Below, one piece after another: positions 13,131 through 25,400 of a DNA stretch of 64,000 nt (position 1 is the first letter of the stretch; each line of letters starts with the position of its first letter). The stretch covers positions 3,350,001-3,414,000 of the forward strand of contig CM075996.1 in the NCBI GenBank assembly GCA_038087875.1, given 5' to 3'. The translations under genes were made by a program, and so were the position numbers. The notes under the pieces were generated by a model. The model was given only the letters and a program-made list of their open reading frames with translations. It searched no databases and had not been told where the DNA came from. The stretch is from Malacoraja senta (lineage: Eukaryota).

Positions 13131-14384
13131 TCATGTGAGCGGTTCCTGCTTTATGACACAGTTCTGCAAGACGATCCGACTAGTTTTCCCAGAAATAACG
13201 TTGGGATTCAAAGTCACTATGTTCTCTGTGGAAGCTGAAGTTCCTGGTTGTGGTTCATGTACTGCAGAACTTGGAGCTGTGTAAATGTAGTTGAATCCCA
13301 CATTGTCTAACATGTCGGACCAGGCCCGGTACTGAAATTCAGCAGCTCCCCAGTAGTTTCTAATGCTGGATTCTGAACGGTGTCCTGTAAGTGCCATGAT
13401 CTCTCTTGCTCCGAGGCCTGCATCGCACAGGAGACGGACTGTCGTAGTTCTGAGTGAATGGTTGGTGTACCTCTGGGACAGTCTGGCAGCAATACTGATT
13501 CTAGGCATCATGCTTCCCAGATAATTAACCCCCATCGGCTCTCGCTTATACCAGACAGGTTGTTCACGTAACTGTTCTGGTGTTAATTTTAGAGGATGAA
13601 GGTAAAAGGCAGGAGGTTCAGGTGGCAGCTTAGATATATAAAGCTCAAGTGAGATGACTGGACAGTTTGCATCTCCTGGCATATCGTACATCCGCCCCAG
13701 TTTCAACGGGTCCTCGAGGTTCCTACGTTTTCCAGTGTACTTCAGCACTGCATAGCGTCGTCCATTGGGATCTCGTTTAATAACAAAAGCGTCCGGAGGG
13801 AGGTCCCGAAGGATTTCCCGTCCATGCTTGGCAAAGTGCAACTGCAGGTCAAACCAGACTTTATTCACGAGTGCAAGGGGTGTATGAAGTCCCAGAATCC
13901 CAGATGTTCTGATCTTTCGAAGGTCGTCTGCATTGATTGGGGGGTGATGATTTGTCTCATCCTTCCCTTGGTTTCTTAGTATTTTAAGCACTCCCAGAAA
14001 CACATTATTGGCACTGCTGAATTCCTTATCCTGCATCAGGCAGATCTGCTGGCTATGAGGAGGCATCTTAAGGTGCCTGTTTAAACCAGCTCGGATCGAT
14101 TTATAACTGGAAATACTATAAGTGTTACCATCATGATTCCTCACAGTGCCGTAAAACTCTCTCAAAATACCATTAAGTTCTTCAACTGATATGCTTTCAA
14201 ATTTATCATCTTTGCCCTTTTCAATAAGCCACTGTTTTAGGATATTCACTGCCCAATCTGTCTGCTTGCGTGTGTTCTTCTCGTTGCGTTCCTCCTCGAG
14301 CCCAATAAGATCCTCTTCTGTCACACTAACATGCCGTCTAGCGCCGTCTAAAAGCTCGTCACTGGCAACGTGTTCATCTGTCAT
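13131..14384 (-). CDS. Intact Crypton-derived tyrosine recombinase-like / DUF3504 ORF (417 aa), candidate domesticated alternative terminal exon of ATF7IP
   Basis: Crypton/KCTD1/KIAA1958-type motifs: NTRKQTDWAVNILKQW, LREFYGTVRNHDGNTYS...IRAGLNRHL, LVNKVWFDLQLHFAKHGRE, CPV...LYISKLP, WYKREPMGVNYL, YTNHSLRTT, TGHRSESSIRNY. No stops; frame stays open 41 codons upstream of the ATG; AATAAA at 13023-13028. Confidence 0.9.
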   Translation of the reverse strand: MTDEHVASDELLDGARRHVSVTEEDLIGLEEERNEKNTRKQTDWAVNILKQWLIEKGKDDKFESISVEELNGILREFYGTVRNHDGNTYSISSYKSIRAGLNRHLKMPPHSQQICLMQDKEFSSANNVFLGVLKILRNQGKDETNHHPPINADDLRKIRTSGILGLHTPLALVNKVWFDLQLHFAKHGREILRDLPPDAFVIKRDPNGRRYAVLKYTGKRRNLEDPLKLGRMYDMPGDANCPVISLELYISKLPPEPPAFYLHPLKLTPEQLREQPVWYKREPMGVNYLGSMMPRISIAARLSQRYTNHSLRTTTVRLLCDAGLGAREIMALTGHRSESSIRNYWGAAEFQYRAWSDMLDNVGFNYIYTAPSSAVHEPQPGTSASTENIVTLNPNVISGKTSRIVLQNCVIKQEPLT

Positions 14385-15720
14385 TTGGTCCTCAAAACTG
14401 AGCAGAGTGTTGCCGTCGAAAATGCCAAAGGTGTAGAGTGGGGAGTGAGACGCTGTTTTGTCGGACAGCTGTGAATTGCGGAGTAATACGTAATTTTTTG
14501 ATACAATGCTTTAAAAAAAATTATTAAATTAAAAACAAAGAAAAATTATCCAGCAGGTGACGTTCATTAGGCAAAAGTATTTCAATACTCAACAGCGCAC
14601 ACCCTATTAACCACTCACTTTCACACATTGCAAACCATGGCATTACATGTTGTCACAGAAATAGTAGAAAGACAAATTGCGGTTGAGTTTGAAAAAAACC
14701 CAAAAGAATGCTAAATCTCTTGCATAGCTAGATGATCTTTCAACTACTGAGAAACTATGAATCCAAATGGAGAATAATACATCCTATTCATGCATGTATT
14801 CTCTAGAAGAACTGGAAAAACGTTATTGTTGCACTGAAGATAATCTGTAATACAAATGGGAAAAGGCTTACAATTTCTGACAAACCTTGGCTGACTGAAC
14901 CTCTGTGCCAGCGCTCTGATCGGCTTCAGCGGCGAGTTACCCAGATGCAGAACAAGGTTTTCGTAAGAGGCAGAGCAGCAATGAGAATCACACCAGGATA
15001 CTCCACCACACTGAAGCATTCGGAAAGCTTTGAACAGCCAACTTTTTGAAGAATGAATGAGGAATGCAGTCATATTCTGCTAATAGGCTCTGGTTTCATT
15101 TAGATAATCTTTCCAGTTTATTTAGAGAATGCACAAGACTTCCCCTCTCACTCTTTCTGTGTTATTTTTCAACCAAATGGTTTGCAGATCTGTCTTCTTT
15201 CTGACACAGGAAAGTTATAAATGTATAACATAATGTAGATGATAAGCCATCTGCCCTCCCCACAGTTTATTCTCTTTGGGTGCTCGTGGAAGTCTTCCAC
15301 CATCTACCATCGTAAATCTTTATACTGAATGATCCATAATTTTAACATCCATAATACTAATGAACAAAAGTGGCATCTCTTTCTGATTAGATCCCCTGTG
15401 GATTTAGCAAAAATGGAAATTTATCAAAGAAAGGCTATATTATAATCCACTGTCAGTGGAGAGGCTATCATGAAGAGCATGTCACTCCTTAAAGCTCTAG
15501 TGGCCCAGCATTGCAAGCAGATGCATGTCCAACTAACCTGAGAATGGAATGATATGACGATTCTGCTTGATCATATTCCTTTACAAACAACAACCAAATT
15601 CAACCCAAAAGGTATAATTCTACTATCTTTCTAGCTACATCTTTCTAGCTGGTCGGCAGTTGCACTTCAGTGGGCTATAATTCATGTTATCAAGTGCCAT
15701 GATAAATGTGCTGTACCCAC

Positions 15721-15812
15721 CTGGCTGCCACTAGGAGAAGTTTTCTTAATGGCTGGCGATTCTCCAGGAACTGCTGTAGAAAGTTTCTGGGTGCCCTGAC
15801 TGAGGCTACTTT
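15721..15812 (-). CDS. ATF7IP: ATF7IP coding exon (ESSLSQGTQKLSTAVPGESPAIKKTSPSGSQ), last canonical exon found in the window
   Basis: ccctattaacag| and CAG|gtgggt; 92 nt, phase 1 to 0; positionally equivalent to the human segment ending KKAADSTSQ. Confidence 0.8.
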
Positions 15813-16684
15813 CTGTTAATAGGGTAAAAGCAATTCATTAATGTTTCAGCTTAACACAAGAATGTCAAGAGACAAGTTTTTTAAAACGTTTCCTTTCAAA
15901 GGTTCTTTGTTCCAACTACTGCTGCAATATTAATCTTTTCGCTTAGCACAAAAGCAATTCTAGTTTTAAAATGAGCTCCAACAACTTGAATAAATGTTTT
16001 TCTTACAGCTCTCATGAAAACACAACCAAACGGGTGCATTAGAAGACAATTACATATTATTGTTATATATCTTCTGCATCCTTCTAAGCATACCTAAGTT
16101 ATATACTTATATATATATATATATGCAGTTTCTAATTTGATCTACATCTGGACGCAGAAGGTATATAACTGGTACATCATGAAATCATTGTTTCCTTTCT
16201 GATTTCCTGGCAATTAGCAGTAATTTTTTAGCATTTTCTATTTTATTGTTTAATTTCAAAGATCTCATGTACATTGTAACCCACTTTACTGACATTCTAA
16301 TAATAGGCCGTTATACAGCCAAAACTAGTGCACCTTGATTGAAAGGTTCACATAAGCAAAGTTAAGTGTTAGCTATAATTGCCGTGTCTTCATCCTTTCA
16401 TTCCCAAACTGTCAATTTTAAACGGCTAATGAGTTTCAAAACCAGTTCAGGTCATCAGTTTTGAATAAACCAGAATTCAACCCACTCAGTGGGAGTAGGA
16501 GGCAGAGGTGGGTGCACGGAATCCATTTCATAAAAATAAAGGCAACAAATTTAGACCGCATACAATTGTAACATCACTCAAACTTCTACAAGTTTCTGAT
16601 AATTTATGCATCCAAGAATCATAAAGCTCATGAGGTTGGCAATTGTTTTTATGCCAGTTCCTTGAAACAACTAGTTAATAGAAC

Positions 16685-17020
16685 CATAGAGCTACAAGGA
16701 ATGCTGAACGGAGACAGGCCCTTCAGTCCACTGAGTCGATGCTGGCCATCAAACACCTAATGACACTAATCCTATCTTCAAACATTTTATTCTCTCTACA
16801 TTCCCATTAGCTTCCTCCAGATTCTATCACTAATCTACACACACCAGACAAGTTAGAGTGACCAATTAACCTACCAACCTGCACACTATTTTGTGATGTG
16901 GGAAAAACCATTGCAACCAGAGGAAACACACACAATCACAGGGAGAATGTGCAAACAGCATACAGATGGCGCTAGACGTCAGAATTGAACCTTGGTTGCT
17001 GGAACTGTGAGGCAGCAACT
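16685..17020 (-). mobile_element. Older copy of the same tRNA SINE family
   Basis: ccaattaacctaccaacctgcac...gggagaatgtgcaaac...agaattgaacc parallels 21192-21472. Confidence 0.6.
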
Positions 17021-18697
17021 CAATTAGCTGACTACTCTCACTTTCTAACTATTTCATGTAGCTCTGCAAATTTCTCCTTTTCATGTATACTACGTTTTAA
17101 AGTTGCTTCGATAATTATCTTCCACTCTCCTTTCAGGCCACGCTTGCTGGTACATATTTTTCCTAATTTCCCCTCTTGCCATTCTCAATTAGAACTCCAA
17201 TTAACTTAAACTTGCGATCTCTAGTGACTATGACTTTGAACACCTGTGTAAGTCTCCCTTTAACTTTCCTTGCTGTAAGGAGTACAACCCTTAGTAATCA
17301 AGACTTCACACCACCAAAGTTCTTCATTCCTAATAACACTCTTAGTCACAGTCATACAGCATGGAAACAGGCCCATCGGCCCAACTTGCACACCAACCAA
17401 TATGTCCCATCTACATTAGTCCCAGTTGCCTGCATTTGGCACATATGCCTCTAAACCTATCCTACAAGTGTTGACATTTCTGCTAAGATGCTATTTCGGG
17501 AATTGGACACAATGCTCCAGCTGAGGTCTAACCTGTGATTTACAAGGTTTCGAGTAGCTCCCTTGCTTCTGTATTCTGCTTTCGTACACCCAATATTTGT
17601 TCATTTCATCAATCTGTCAGTCTTCCCAAAGTAATTTTCTATCCTCCTCACTGAGCTTATCACCGAATCAGCAATTAAATTAGACAGAGGCCATAAATAT
17701 ATTAGGAGCGGAAAATCTGGTGTACCATGGTATATTGTCCAACTACTCTATCAAAACCTCTTATGTGTTCAAGTAAGTAACTTTTAACTCACTCTGCTCA
17801 AGGATTAAATCTCAACCTCCACATCAGCACGATCATTAATTTCAAAGGGAAATAACAATTCTGATAAGAATGGCAATTTTATGTAAGTAAAATTATTTAA
17901 TTATATTTATGTTTAAATAGGTTTTAATTAGCAAGTTAAAATGTATAATAGTGTTTTATTTTTAATAGTATCTGAATATTAGAATTTGTAAAACCAAAGT
18001 TATTCACCAATATCAATTTCAGCTTCAGGTTTATTAGTTGATGAAGAAGTTGGTGGAGGAAAGAACAAGTCAGTTGCTGTCAATAAGGCATGATTTTGTT
18101 ATGCTGGACTTCTTTATTCTGGGTGGGATCTGTTTCCCAGAGGAAGACTGTCCCTGAGGGCCTGTTGCAACTAAAATGAAATGAGCTCCGTGGGCAAGCA
18201 ACTATAGATCATCCTTTTAAACCTATGTAAGAATTTCCGATATGTTGAATCTTTTTATCTTTTAAGGCAAAGTTATCCTTTTGTCTCAGATTAAATAATG
18301 CATCTCCTATTCCAAGCAATGCAATGCACTACCAATGTTCTAAAATGAACACAAATAAATATCATTCCACTGCTAAAACCAAATTTAATTTTCTCATTTT
18401 TGTTTCTTGTAACTATTCTATAAACTGGTATTTAGACTTATTGTGGCCCTGTTAATGTCCTTAATTGGGACACAATTGTACATTAGCAATGACAGCATTA
18501 TCATTTTTGAAATGAGACAGTGGCCTTCAATAATTTAATTATGGATCAAATGGCTTTTCATGAATTAAAAACATATATAAATGTAATGACAGTGAAAGGC
18601 AGCTCAATAAAACACAGTAAATATGTTACTTAAATATATATACAAAACACATAGACGAACTAACAATATTTTGATCTTAACATGTGATTTGTTTTAC

Positions 18698-19384
18698 CTG
18701 TTCTGGACGGTCCTATATTGGTGGCATCTGAGCTGGATGGTAATGGTTGACCTGATGACACAGAAACTAGCCCTTGGCCGTAAGTCTGTGATGGCCTTGG
18801 TGGTAATCCAGGCCTAGTAGTATTTGAAGGGCTAAAATGAGCTGGGGAATTCAAAGATTGCTGTGACGTCCGGGAAATCTGTGAAACCGGTGAAAGAACA
18901 GTCTGGGAACTAATCGCAGAAGCAGTCTGATTGGAAATAGCATTACTTATCTGCATTGATCCCATAGTTGCAGGAGACTTCCTCTGCACTCCTGGGCTTG
19001 GCAAAGAAGTACTAGCACCATTTGCTTTTGTTACATTCGGCATTTGTGGTGCAAGTGGTTTCGGGAGGATGTTAAGCGTAGGTTGGGATTGAACAGGTAG
19101 AAACTCAAGTCCAGGTTGCTGGTTGGTCATCAAGGTGTTTGCTGAGGCCTGCAGAAGCTGAGGTTGGGAAGACATTGCCACCGGAACCGTAAGTAATACT
19201 GGCACTGACTGTAGAGATACTGGAATAGGCTGGTTACTGCCAGAGGCTGGCAGCGACTGATTGGTTCCTACCACCGCTGCAGTTGCTGGGAGCACAGGAG
19301 TAACCACAGCACCAGATGACCCTGTATTCTGAGGTTTAGTTTGTCCACCAACTACCTGAGGTGGTGTGAGGTTTGTGACAATAC
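18698..19384 (-). CDS. ATF7IP: ATF7IP large Ser/Thr/Pro-rich coding exon
   Basis: VPVAMSSQPQLLQ, LEFLPVQS and PSPGVQR match human VPVAVSSQPQLLQ, VEFISVQS and PSPSIQR; attgttacag| and ACAG|gtaaaa; 687 nt, phase 1 to 1. Confidence 0.93.
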
Positions 19385-19477
19385 CTGTAACAATAGAACA
19401 GCCTTCAATTAGAATCTATAAATATAGGTATGCTTCCCAGTGCAATTTCTTCCGAAGGTTCTATTCATGCACCCTAA

Positions 19478-19794
19478 AGGGCCTGTCCCACGGGCATGCG
19501 ACTCCATGCGGCAAGCGCGACCTAACCGCAAGCGGGGGCCGGTCCCACTTCGATCGCCGGAGCCGTATGGAGTTGTGCGGAGCTGGTCCCGACATCGCGC
19601 GTGGCTCCGAAAAACTGACATTGTTCAAAAATTCCGTGCAGCAACGGCCTGCCGCCCCGCACCCGCCTCGAGGCCGTGCGCACCGCCTCAACGGCCGTAC
19701 GCACCGTCTTGACGTCACTCGACCTCCGCGCGGCCCCCGCTTGCGGTTAGGTCGCGCTTGCCACATGGAGTCGCATGCCCGTGGGACAGGCCCT
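19478..19794. mobile_element. PIF/Harbinger-type MITE
   Basis: About 60-bp TIRs beginning AGGGCCTGTCCCACGGGCATGCGACTCC; TAA TSD on both sides. Confidence 0.88.
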
Positions 19795-20718
19795 TAATGG
19801 CCTCCGCCCATGAGACTGGTGTGCAGGCAACAAGAATCAAGTGTTTTATTGTCATATATCCCAGATAGAACAATGAAATTCTTACTTGAAGCAGCACAAC
19901 AGAATATGTAAACATAGTACTCCGCAAACAGTATAGTAAACGAGAAAAAAGTGATGGCCTTCAGTATGACTGATCCTACAGAATGCAAAACATCAGGGCC
20001 AATTCAGATCTATTATACAACCCTTTGGATCCCCATTGCACAGCACAATGGGGCAGATTTAATGACATGGCAACACACCAAGACCCAACTCACGCTGGTG
20101 CTTTCACAGTAGACATTAAAGCAGGTCATTATTCTGTGTCTTTAGAGCCAAAAACACAACAATAGCGGCACATAACTGGAATACAGTTAACAAGATGCCA
20201 TTTTAAAAGTCATTTCTGACAGACATCTATAAAGTTCCCACAAATTAAGCTCTTACAGGTTTGCAAAATCTTATTCTCTTATTTGGATGGCAAAATATAA
20301 CTCAAATGTGTTAGTTGGAATAGAAAATAATATAAATTACGAAACTTGCAATTATATCCCCAAATTAAGCATTAAGAAAATTTGCAATTTAAGGACTTAA
20401 AATAATATTCTTCTGATTCACGAGACTGCAGTGAGTGGGCCCCTGTATGCTTCAGGTGGGGTGGGCCTTTGTGTGCTTCCGGAGGGAGCACGATAAACTG
20501 GGCCTCTGAGAGGTAGTTACTCAACCACTGGGATTTCCAAATCATTAGAAAATAATGAGACTATTAAGAGTTTTACTGTAACTAACATACTTGGCAAGCA
20601 TGGTAGGTCTTGTTGGGGGTTAGATGAAAGGGGGAATAGAGTAAATTATGTGCTCTTAGTACAGTCACAAGATACCACGGAACAGCACTGAACGTTGCAA
20701 TAAATAGTTTACAAGTAC

Positions 20719-20807
20719 CTGTATTATTTGTGTTTGCAGACGGCTGGCCTGATACCGTGCTATCAGCCATATTTCTTCTTATATCCAACATCTGCCTTAC
20801 TGTTCCA
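20719..20807 (-). CDS. ATF7IP: ATF7IP coding exon (GTVRQMLDIRRNMADSTVSGQPSANTNNT)
   Basis: Matches human AGTVRQMLESKRN; ctattttcag| and ACAG|gtactt; 89 nt, phase 2 to 1. Confidence 0.92.
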
Positions 20808-21191
20808 CTGAAAATAGAAAATGGAAACTGAAATTGTATACTAGAACCAATAGTAAGAAATAACATTTCCTAAAATTGTTATCATTCTTGCTACTTAACT
20901 TGTTGATTTTTTTTACGTGAAGTTTATGACACAAAGAAGCATGACTTCAGCTGAATGCAGAATAAAACAATGGACCTGGAAATACCCCTGAAATTGAAAC
21001 CGAAATCATTATAGATAAGGCGTAGGGAAGATTAGTTTGGGGGTGCGGATCAGAAGTTAAAACATATAATGATTCAAAATTAACAAGAGAATTGCAATTT
21101 GAATTGAAATAATCTTAATGACAATTAGATATAGACTAAAAAAACAGAGAAGGGACATTTGATGCTCACTGAAGCTTGAATGGATCATTAT

Positions 21192-21472
21192 TAGTTTAGT
21201 TTAGAGATACAGCGCGGAAACAGGCCCTTCGAATCCGCACCGACCAGCGATCACCGCACATTAATACTATCCTCCACACACTAGGGATATTTTTTAACAT
21301 TTATACCAAGCCAATTAACCTGCAAACCTGTATGTCTTTGGAGTGTGGGAGGAAACCGAAGATCTCGGAGAACACCCATGCACGTTACGGGGAGAACGTA
21401 GAGACTCTGTACAGAAAGCACCCGTAGTCAGGATCGAACCCGGGTCTCTGGCGCAGCTCTTTCGCTACACCG
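21192..21472 (-). mobile_element. tRNA-derived SINE (HE1/V-SINE-like) with a CR1-type tail
   Basis: Minus-strand B box GGTTCGATCC; V-domain-like gggtgttctccgag...cggtttcctcccacactccaaagac; tail (CTAAA)n. Confidence 0.8.
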
Positions 21473-22329
21473 CGGGTTGGTAAATTATACATATAGAATG
21501 CAAAATTATGAATCGCAAAGAGTTGAAAATAGTGAAGCCAGGATCACTGGATGGCTAGATCTCCTACAATAATCTATCATCTACAGACAGCTAAAATATA
21601 TTGAGGAATTGAACAAAAAAATGAATATTTTGTATATATATTATTATATATAAATAAAACAAAATATTCCAGTATTTTTTTGTTCATTTCCTATATATAT
21701 TATATAGTTTAATGATATATAAGTTTATTTTCTTTCTGAAAATCAGCACTGAAAGATAAATTTAAATGTCATTAAAAAATGTTGCAATTTAACTTAGGTT
21801 ATAATAAAGCGTCCTTGAAAAGGTGAATTTAATGCTTACTGCCAGTTTCCTTGCCCTTTCTCAACAGTTGAAAGCTGCTTCGCCTATTCATATTACAGCT
21901 GCCAATATATTAGCCATTCAATCTCTGCCCTATGAATTTTTGTCTCAGACTGATTAGAATTTATATTTCAATACTTTCTACCTCTGACAAGATCATTGAT
22001 GCATCTTTACTAAAACTTTCTCAAAACTCATCCTCTCAAGTCTTGCAAAAAAAGTCTACAAGTGGTAGGATGTGGAATGCACTGCATGTATGGTTGCTTA
22101 GCTCATGTGGGACAATTTATATTACAGAGACACATGACAATAGGAGACAGGAACATTCTGGCTCCACCTGTATGAATGATCTTTCATTAAAAGCCACTTT
22201 GTCATCAGCAGTGTTTACCAGTGGTTGTCTCACTTTGTCAGAATTTATTTTTCCTCCCTTTGTATATTGCACACTTTACATAACTTTAAACAAAGTGACA
22301 GGCTGAATCAAATGAAAAAGGCGACTTAC

Positions 22330-22445
22330 CTACGACACTGCACGGTGCTAGAAACACTAACAGGGGGGTTGCAGGATTTGCTGGGAGAATTGGGTTGCGT
22401 AGTCTGGGCTCCAGATGATTGTTGAGGTATGGAGACGGAAATATT
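22330..22445 (-). CDS. ATF7IP: ATF7IP coding exon (NISVSIPQQSSGAQTTQPNSPSKSCNPPVSVSSTVQCR)
   Basis: ttctgttctttcag| and AG|gtaagt; 116 nt, phase 0 to 2, joins the next exon in frame. Confidence 0.82.
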
Positions 22446-25400
22446 CTGAAAGAACAGAAATTAATAATAATGCAATTGCTATCATTATTATTTCATTTGC
22501 TCAAGACAAGAATATATCACAGTAGCTTATGGGACATCAAAAGACTCAATTAAAGAAAATGTACTCTATTGGTCCTGAAACAGACTCTACCAACAGATGC
22601 CTTTAAAGAAAAGCAATTTTAGTACGTCGATCTTCAATAATCTGCCCTTTTCCGCGTCTGCTGTTCTGATCTTTAATAAACATAATAGAAACATCAATTC
22701 AGTACAGAGCAGGAGGCATCCATTCAAATTAAATCCACGTTGGCACATTGTGGTACCATTTACTTAGTCATTCTTTTGTCATAACCAAGTTATTTTCTCT
22801 CTGATTTCAATTTAAGTTTCCTTAGAATGACTTGATCGTCTGAGCTTTGACTGCATTTATTGACGGAGATTCTGATCATAAGCACCCTGCATAAATACCG
22901 AATCTTCTGCTCTTGGAATTTGTTCTCCTTGTTGTCATCTTACACTGATGGGTACAGCTTCTATTTACTTAATCTAAATCTGTTACGTTTTTGAAACTTC
23001 CATTATTTTATTATTCCCCCAATCATCAACAGCTGGTGGTGATTTTGTGCATCTTTTATCTATCAGCTTTATTTTAAATAATGTTCAAGGTTCAAGGTCA
23101 GTTTATTGTCACATGTACCAATTAAGGTACAGTGAAATTTGAGTTACCATACAACCATACTAAGTGAAAAGCAACAAGACACACAACCACACAAAAATTA
23201 ACATAAACACCCATCAGGCTAAAGTGAGGAAAAAAAACACTTTTTATAAGGATACAAATGCCAGTGACAAACTGCAATGAAAGCAAGGGCAAGTGTATCA
23301 ATTCCATGTCTAATGTTTTATTCTGCAGAATGTGATCTGATAGTACAGAGGGGAAGAAACTTTTATTGGTCTCGATGTCTGGGCTTTCAAGGTACTGCAT
23401 CTTCTTCCAAAAAATAGGTAGAAAAGGGAATGGCCAGGGTGCAGACACCTGTTAGTATATTCTAACTCTTAATTCTACTGTTAATGCAATTTGCAGTTTG
23501 GCATAGCTTTGCACTGTTTCAGATTGCACTACTATCTTTGCATCAGTCTTTTGGTTTTCACTTGCAGTATTTATTATTGTATTCTTGTCGTATTGTTTAC
23601 AGCGATGTGCCAATTTTGTTCCCAGAGTCCAAGTCAACACAAACTAACCTTAACTGCAATTATGGATCACTCACAAATATACTTTCTTATAATTAACATA
23701 ATCTATGTGCTCAACAAGATTCAAGCAGGAATCACTTGGAGAACTAAAATTTTTCACCCCCCCCCCCCCAAGTGATATTTTTTTCAGTATTTGGACAAGT
23801 TCAGTTGAGGATGTTGAATCAATCAACTTTACCCAGATTGTCTGAAGATGGAGAGGTTGGCCAATCAATATTCTTTTTGCAGACTTTAATCAATAGAAAG
23901 TTACATCTTTACAAAACGGCAAATTCAATATGAAAATCTGAACGAAAGGCTCAATTAATTCAAGAAACACAGCATACTAAAGTAGAAAACAACGTAATTT
24001 TGAGATTGGGAAAAATAATGACACCAAATAATGGCAGAGAAACTCATTTCTAAGTCTGGTTAAAAGGGATACATCTCCACTACTATGCTACATTAGTATT
24101 TCAACTGCACCCTTTGATATAGAGGATAGCAAATGATTCTTGTATTCCACTCCACTTTAATGGCCTCAACAGCAAAGTTAAAAGTTTAGTATTGTATCTC
24201 ACCTCCACTTCAACTGCAAATGTCAACAATAAATTTAACAAAAAATGCTCAAAATGGTGTGATCACAGAGATGGAAGTAATATGAACAAGGGCATGATTT
24301 TTCAAGTTCCACTACCTATGTTGCTCCTTAGGATTTTAAGCTGGTTCCTGTCTATGCATAAAAACATGTACCGACACAAGAGCTGGAACAGCTAAATGAA
24401 GATAACTGATCAACAAGCATTGCCAACTGGAGGCAAACACTTCTTACGATTAGAACGTGCCTTTCATGGCAAGTAATGGATGCCCGTTAAGTATCAGACA
24501 AATTTCTTCGCAACTATTTTAGAAAGATAATGCAAGTCTTAAAAGACATTCATTTTCTCACCCAAAATGGAATGAAATCCAATAAATGGATAGTTTCAAT
24601 GATTCACAATTAGACTGGAGTTAATAATATTATTTATTGGATGTGAAATCTTCAAATCCATACAAGGACAAATATACTTAGCACTGCTGACAGTCAACAC
24701 TAGAAAGCAATTTACAGCATAACATGGAATAAAGTGCTTGAATCACTTTGTAAACTTATTAAAATACCTCACATTGAAGCAAAGTGCAATACCATTTTAA
24801 AATGTTTGCATGATCCCCAAGCTTCCCCATCCACCCTCAGTTCTTGTCTCAATGCAGTCTTTTCCAGGTGGAAGGTTAATTAAGAAGTTTCAGCACAAGC
24901 ACTATCACATGCTGGGAAATCACAAGGTGACCAGTTAGCCTCCCCATCAGTTGATTGTCTTATATTGTACAATCTAACAATTTTTAATTGCACTATTATC
25001 AGATTTTTTGCAGCACAGTAGTTTTATATACTATGACTTTGACAGAAGAAATTGGTAACATTGAAGCTGTACCACAAGGCAGTTCAATCTTCACCAATCC
25101 CTCCTTCGTGGCCTCTTGTGCACAATTTGCAGTCTTAAAGAGGAGGACTGTGAACAAGCCGAGGTCTTCTTCAAATGATTTGGAGGCTGCAAACAGTCAG
25201 ACACTACTTTTATTTGAGCCTTTTTATAGGTCATCATTGCATTTCTGCCATTTCCCATTTGTTCCTTAATTAGTTCTTCATCGAAGCCACGACTGTGAAG
25301 GGCAGCTACACAGCTGATCTACAATAAAATGAATACACACAAAAAGAAAAATAAGCCTGCATGGATAAGTCCTTGTCGTTGTACAGACAACTGAATGACT

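Noticed and set aside
14744..15073. 109-aa ORF as a linker exon to the Crypton ORF
   Set aside because: No phase-compatible splice-site pair found and no recognisable homology.
21595..21705. Imperfect AT-rich hairpin
   Set aside because: Low complexity; no evidence of function.
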